Source: the human T2T-CHM13v2.0 reference genome, Homo sapiens. From it: a stretch of DNA of 64,000 bases. Both the position numbers and the translations under genes were made by a program. Of this stretch, positions 58,201 to 64,000 are shown one piece after another. The notes under the pieces were generated by a model. The model was not told the DNA's origin. It did no database searches and worked only from the letters and a program-made list of their open reading frames with translations. Numbering within the stretch: position 1 is the stretch's first letter; each line of letters begins with the position of its first letter. The stretch lies in NCBI RefSeq assembly GCF_009914755.1, contig NC_060934.1, one strand, 5' to 3'.

Positions 58201-59188
58201 TGATTGATGCTGCTGCTGCTACTAATATGACTAACATAACTAGAGAGATGCCCTGGCAAGAGTCTGAGAAGTCAGTCATATCTGTATGGTTGAAAAGGTG
58301 TCTGCACACAGGTGGTAATGAGACTGTATGTAATGACGCTTCTATGGATATTCTTTCATTGAACAAATGCCTATAGATCAACCACTGGCTCTGTGCTAGC
58401 TGTTGAAAAACAAATAAGTCAAAGCTCTTACACTCCAGGAGCTACCGCCCTGAAAGGGAAAGTTAAGTCAGCGCACGCTATCATACAATTAAGGGACAAA
58501 ATGATGGGTTAGAAAGGAAGTTACAGGAAGTTAGAAAAGGGGAAAGCAGTAGGAACTGAGGCCTAGGAAACTGAGCTATGCTGTAAAGGAAAATTTGATT
58601 TGGATAAATGTGGGAGGAGCTAAACACAGGGAAGCTTTCATATTTCACCCACAGCCATAGCATCTGGGGAAGAAGAGCTAGTATAGAAAGCTAGGTTGAT
58701 GAGAGAAACAAAACTAGTTCAGTCAGCCCGCATTTAATTTTAGCAAGAAAGGAATAATGGTCCCAAGCCAGCAAGATGACAATTGATAAGGATAAATGCA
58801 AAGTCCTGTTCTCATGTCCGAAATGTGAACTGCACAAGTTCAGAACTGGGTAACCCTAACATGACAGTAGTTCATATGACAAAAATTCAGGAAAGGGTAA
58901 GTTAGGGATCAATTGATTGCAAGCTCAGTATGAATAAGAATTTTTCAGCCTGGGCTGAAATTAGCAACCCAACCTAGGAGGCTGCTGACCATCAGGGAGA
59001 TCATTGTTCACTGTGAGGTTTTTCAGTACCCTTGAAGTGACTTTTGAAAAGACTACTCGAGGGATTAATTTTGGTTCTAAATTTTAATATATGATACTTT
59101 AAGATATGTATTTTAAAAATCTATTTCTTAAGCTTTTAAGTTAAGGTGACAAAGTCTATCACTCAATTCTAGTAAATTTAAACAATCT

Positions 59189-59252
59189 TGTTTTAAACTT
59201 TTATTTTAGGTTCGGGGTACATGTGCAGGTTTGTTATACAGGTAAACTCGTG
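59189..59252 (-). mobile_element. Extremely 5'-truncated L1 3' terminus (older L1PA/L1PB type)
   Basis: 'aacttttattttaggttcggggtacatgtgcaggtttgttatacaggtaaactcgtg' flanked by aacaatct. Confidence 0.85.
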
Positions 59253-59260
59253 TAACAATC

Positions 59261-59400
59261 TTTTTTTTTTTTTTGTATTTTTAGTAGAGATGGGGTTTCA
59301 CCATGCTGGCCAGACTGGTCTCAAACTCCTGACCTCGTGATCTGCCTGCCTCGCCCTCCCAAAGTGCTGGGATTACAGCTGTGAGCCACTGCGCCCGGCC
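59261..59400 (-). mobile_element. AluS/Y left monomer only
   Basis: Complete 5' end 'cactgcgcccggcc'; 'cctcgtgatc' diagnostic; TSD taacaatc at 59253-59260 and 59402-59409. Confidence 0.9.
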
Positions 59401-61305
59401 TTAACAATCATTTTTAAAGGGACTTTGAAATAATACTTGGCCCTACTTATAAACTTAAAGGCCTTAAAACATTTGAACTGTATTTATAAATTTAATATAG
59501 CTCTTATTTTTTGGCAAATATCTTTATCCACTGATTTAGAAGACAAAACTTCCTAGGCAATTAATATTAAAATAATATATTTATAAATATGATGTCTCAA
59601 ATTTTCTTAAATGTTCTAATACTGTATGTAAATTTAGTAAGATTTTCAGTTAAAATTGTAAGTCTAAGTCAAGTTCTCAATTACACATTTTAAATTGGGT
59701 TAACAAGAATGACCCTCAAAAATTTTTCTAATTATTTCAAATATGCAAATTGCTAACTATACACCAATTTCATGATATAAAAATATTAATATACTACATT
59801 TGATTCTTCTTAAAACATATCTACACACTTCTAAATCTTCCAAGATAGGAAAGTGTTTAGCCTTTAAGTTAATTATTTTATTATCCTGTACAAATTTTGG
59901 GATTACCCCCTCATATGTGTATAATGTGGAAAATTACCTTCTCAGAATGAAATTACAAAATGATCAGAGATTTTAGTGGGGAGCCATTTGTATTTTCTTT
60001 TTTGGAAAACTCGATGAAATGCTTTGTACCCAATTAGTTTTTATTGTAATACTACATAATGTGAGAGTGTTTATGGGATGAGAGAAGAGGGAGAAGGGAA
60101 GACAAGAAACCCGTTTCCCTGAATCCAAGTTCTATACTATCCCTAGTTTTTATTATCCGCCTAGATATCTGCAGTTCCTACCCAAACTGATCATTTGACT
60201 GGATTTTGCATTTCTTTGGTTCTTAAGATAATTAAGTGCTTTTTCATCTAACTCTAAAAGTCCTTGTACTTGGTGGAACATCCTAATTTTTTTCATATAC
60301 TGGTGATTGCTTTAGGATCACACAACTTTTGCAATTTGTATTTACAACTAAATTCTCGGTATCTCTCCAGGTTTTGCCTTGCTTTTCATCCCAATCTGCA
60401 AGGTCACACTGCCGATAGTCCAAATCTATGTAATTTGGTGCTGGGCAGACCATGTAAAGTATTTTCTGTCCAGCACTGCTCCAGGTGCTTTAAAAGAGAT
60501 CATGACAATGAACTGAACTCCTTCCAATGATAGCTATCAGAACTGTCATGAGGACTGGACACAAATGTCTATGTGGAAGGGCGGAAGGGAGAGTTTAGAA
60601 AGACATAGTGACAACCTGCAAATGTATGAATGACTATCCCGTGGAAGAAGGAGTAGGGTTTTTTATTTGACTCCTGAGACCGCTGGATAGATGTAACAGA
60701 GTGGCAAACTCTTAAGGAAGAGCTTTTTCTAATAGTTGGCTTTCTCACAAAGGAATAGATTACCTTGGGAGAAAAGTGAGCCCCTGGACACTGGAAGCAT
60801 CCAAATGAACCTGGGTACCCATGGGTCAAGGAGGTGCTAGAAGAGTTTCTAATAATAGTCATGAGATTGACTTAAAGAATGTATAAAATCTCTTCCACCT
60901 TTGAAAACCTCTGATTTCAGAAAACAGAGTTCACAAAGCTAGATGGCTCATAAAAGGCATCTAAATGTCAAAAACGTAATTGTGTCGTTATATTGCCCCA
61001 CTTACTGGAGCATGGGCATGGCAAACCTCCTATGCTGAAAGCCTTCTTTTTTCCTGGGACAGAAAGCCCTTTGAGTTTTACAGAGAGATCAGAAATGGAG
61101 ATGGATTAGGGAAGTGAGGTGGAGGGAGAAGGAAGGGAAAGATTTGCAGCAACAGCTGGAAGAGATTAGAGCCACAATAGAAATCAAAAAGAATGGATAT
61201 GCTGAGCAGAGAAAGAAAACAGTACTAAGCTGCACTTTAAGAAGGGGAAATGGTGAACAAAGTTTTATCTCAAGACTGTTGCCTTCGAAGACGTAGGCAT
61301 GTGTA

Positions 61306-61307
<2 letters not shown>

Positions 61308-61351
<44 letters not shown>

Positions 61352-61366
61352 AAGAGAGAGAGAGAG
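61308..61366. repeat. Compound microsatellite (TG)20 followed by about (GA)7
   Basis: Pure TG run at 61308-61348. Confidence 0.97.
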
Positions 61367-61659
61367 AAACAAACAATGATAATTTGACCTAAGGATATCA
61401 AGGACAAAGTAAATTATTTGGACACTTCATTATTATAAATCATTATATTTTTATAATAATCTTAGCTAACATCTATTAATCCCTGCTTAGTGACAGGAGC
61501 CACACCAGGCATTTTCTGTGCTCTATCCTATTCTACACCAGCTACAGATTCACTACAGTTTAGGAATCTGAGAAGACGGGAAGGCCTAAAGAACATTGTA
61601 GAAAGATGTCTATTGACTATTCATCAGATCACGCAATTAAACCTTCAGGTTCTCTGGTC

Positions 61660-61870
61660 AGAAACCTGGCTTTGAAACTCAGCTTCACCATTTTACCAGG
61701 TATCAAAAATTTAACTTCTCAAACTTTTCATTTTCAAGATGTAAAACATAAATAAATTACATACCCACTATTTCATAGGAAAAGTTGGGAAAACTAAATG
61801 AGGAAATGCATATAAAGTGATTACTACAATACCTGGCATGCAGTAAGTGCTCAAGGCGTGGGAGCTACTC
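61660..61870 (+). mobile_element. MIR
   Basis: 'aacctggctttgaaactcagct...acaatacctggcatgcagtaagtgctcaa'. Confidence 0.7.
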
Positions 61871-61878
61871 GTCTATCA

Positions 61879-62114
61879 CAGGGGTAGACAAATGTTTTCT
61901 TTGAAGTGCCAGATAGTAAATATTTGAGGCTTTGTGAGCCACACAGTCTCTGTCACAACTACTCAACTGCCCAAGTACTTCATTTATAGACAATGAAATA
62001 TGAATGTAATAAAAGTTTCACATATCACAAAAGATTCTTCTTTTTTTTAACTATATAAAAATACAAAAAACATTCTTAGCTCACAGTCTGAGAGCCATAG
62101 TTTGCTGACCCCAT
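61879..62114. mobile_element. MER58-like hAT-Charlie MITE
   Basis: 'caggggtagacaaa...gccagatagtaaatattt...gccatagtttgctgacccc'. Confidence 0.85.
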
Positions 62115-62699
62115 GCCAGCATTCAGAAAACCTTTGCCTCCACTCCACAATAGCCACAAGGCAGGCTTCTCAGGCCATAGACCTTGTCCCCAGAAGAATA
62201 CCCTTTCCTCTCTAATATCTCATTTTCTCTCTTCAGCTACAAAATGAAAAAAAAAAATCTTTGCTAAGTGTCCCTACTGTGCTGAATCTTGCAAGGAAAA
62301 TAGACTACCCCTTTGGCATTTTCAACCCTGGTAAGGGGCAAAGAACAAACCGATGGAAAGTTGATGGCCAGAGCCTGCAGAATCACGCTGGCTCCCACCC
62401 TCCACACACATCCATCAGAACCTGGCTGCCTCCTCACTAGGGCATCTGCACACTCTGTTGTTTTCTTCCCAGTGCTGCAAGATTCTCTCCCCAATCTAGA
62501 TCCCATGGCAACTGCTTGAAGCTAACCTTTCAAGCAACGGGCTCCATTAAAGTTAGAAAAGTATAAATTGATCAATAGAGGGAAACACAGCCTGATAAAG
62601 CCCCTTTTGTGAGATTTTTATTATGGCTTTTTTTATCAGAACCGTGTTAATGGATGAGTTCTGAAATAAATTAACATTCCTATCCTAATGCAAATTTAA

Positions 62700-63780
62700 A
62701 AAGGGATATCAGCAAGGCATTTTGTGACACATAAAGATATGCATTCTACATTTTTCCTGGACAGTTACTTGGCAATATATATCAAGATTTTTAACCTCAC
62801 CCTTTTTTTTGACCAGGTAATTGACCTTCCAAGAATGTGCCCTAAGGAAATAATCATACATATAACACAAAAATTTATGAACAAGATGTTCACCACAGCC
62901 TGTGTGCCTCAGGCTAAAATCTTGAAACCAACTGATTGGCATAGTTGGGCCCATGTTTTTTCTCCCTTGGCCTATCTCTGGTCCAAACAGCTATGACTGA
63001 AAGGGTTAGGAGAGGAGAAGCGTCTTACGGTAATCAGGGTGGTCCCTTTCGGGGACTGTGAATAGAGTGATAACACTTTTCACACAATAATACTTAATGG
63101 CACAGGAAAACAGTCACAGTATAATGGCAGATGTGAAGAGCAAGCTATAAACTGTACATATGATAGATCTTAACTTTGAAAATACAGTTATTCATAAAGA
63201 AATGGATATTTACCAAAATGACTTATTCAGTAACTAAGTTGTATGTGAACATGTAATCAAAATCTATTTGTAAAGAAACTCTCAGAGTTATTTCTCTCCT
63301 CTTACAAATGTTTCATACGTGCCCCTTCTGCCACATGTCACTCATCAGTTCTGTGGTCTATTCATCCCAGCATATTGCCACCACCAGTGACAGCCAGGAT
63401 TTGTTCTTTGTTTCCTTAAGTCTACAAAGAAAAGGCAGTACAAACATAAAGTTTTTGATGTATATCTACAAGTAGAAGTTGTACAGTACAATGAATTTTG
63501 TAATGTGTTCAATTATTTTTTAAGTAACCTGTAGATATATAACACAAAGTTACATATACACCTTTGCACACACACACATATACATACACACGGACAAAAA
63601 CACTAGAAGGAGAAACACCAAAATGCAAATGGTTATTATCCCTGGGTGATGAGATTAAAGATTACCATTGTATTTTGTTTCCTTCTTCCGATTTTTCTGT
63701 ATTTTGTTGATTGGTTGCATCTACAAATTAGTGTGCATTTATTATAATAATAAACAGTAAACTTTTAAAAAAGATACAAG
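62700..63780 (+). mobile_element. Old L1ME/L1MC 3' fragments
   Basis: 'ttggcaatatatatcaaga...ttttgaccaggtaatt...ccctaaggaaataatc' and 'acaccaaaatg...tggttattatccctggg'. Confidence 0.6.
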
Positions 63781-64000
63781 TATTAGTATTTTTTTACAAA
63801 AAAATACGTAATAATCTTGACCATACCAGGCCCCAAGCCACCACCCATCCCCACATCTCCACCCTGCCTTTTCTCTGCTTTTATCTTTAGAAGGTAGAGC
63901 CTCATTGTTGGAGGAAGATGCAAAGCCATACTGTCTGGCCCTGCTACGTACTCTGTGCTGATATCTTCTACTTGATTCCCCAGTTCCACTCTCCCCTCCA

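Larger units (their letters stand above)
58770..60905 (+). mobile_element. CR1/L3 LINE fragments (about 58770-58940 and 60470-60905) separated by AT-rich sequence
   Basis: 'ggataaatgcaaagtcctg', 'caagctcagtatga', 'gtgagcccctggacactggaagcatccaa' CR1-type motifs. Confidence 0.55.

Overview
Primate (catarrhine, probably human) genomic DNA, intergenic or deep-intronic and dominated by transposable elements: AluJ/S/Y, L1PA/L1PB/L1M, L2, MIR, CR1/L3, hAT DNA transposons, two full-length MaLR proviruses (MST, THE1), a decayed two-LTR ERVL provirus and several solo LTRs. I find no credible protein-coding gene. The long ORFs are L1 ORF1/ORF2, MaLR, ERVL or Alu read-throughs. The one gene-derived sequence is a processed RPL41 retrocopy (48361-48795, minus strand) that lost its ATG but gained a new in-frame ATG at codon 4. 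The most unusual structure is a 1.2-kb interleaved inverted duplication A-B-x-A'-B' (42172-43378, both pairs about 96% identical). It is best explained as one inversion flanked by inverted duplications at both breakpoints, and it has pseudoknot topology. Also notable are a cluster of overlapping perfect hairpins (56277-56366), a recent in-frame 57-bp duplication in the THE1 internal ORF, and reused retrotransposon target sites. I cannot support a new multi-gene system. Repeat subfamily names come from my recall of consensus sequences and need RepeatMasker/Dfam confirmation; boundaries of old elements are approximate.
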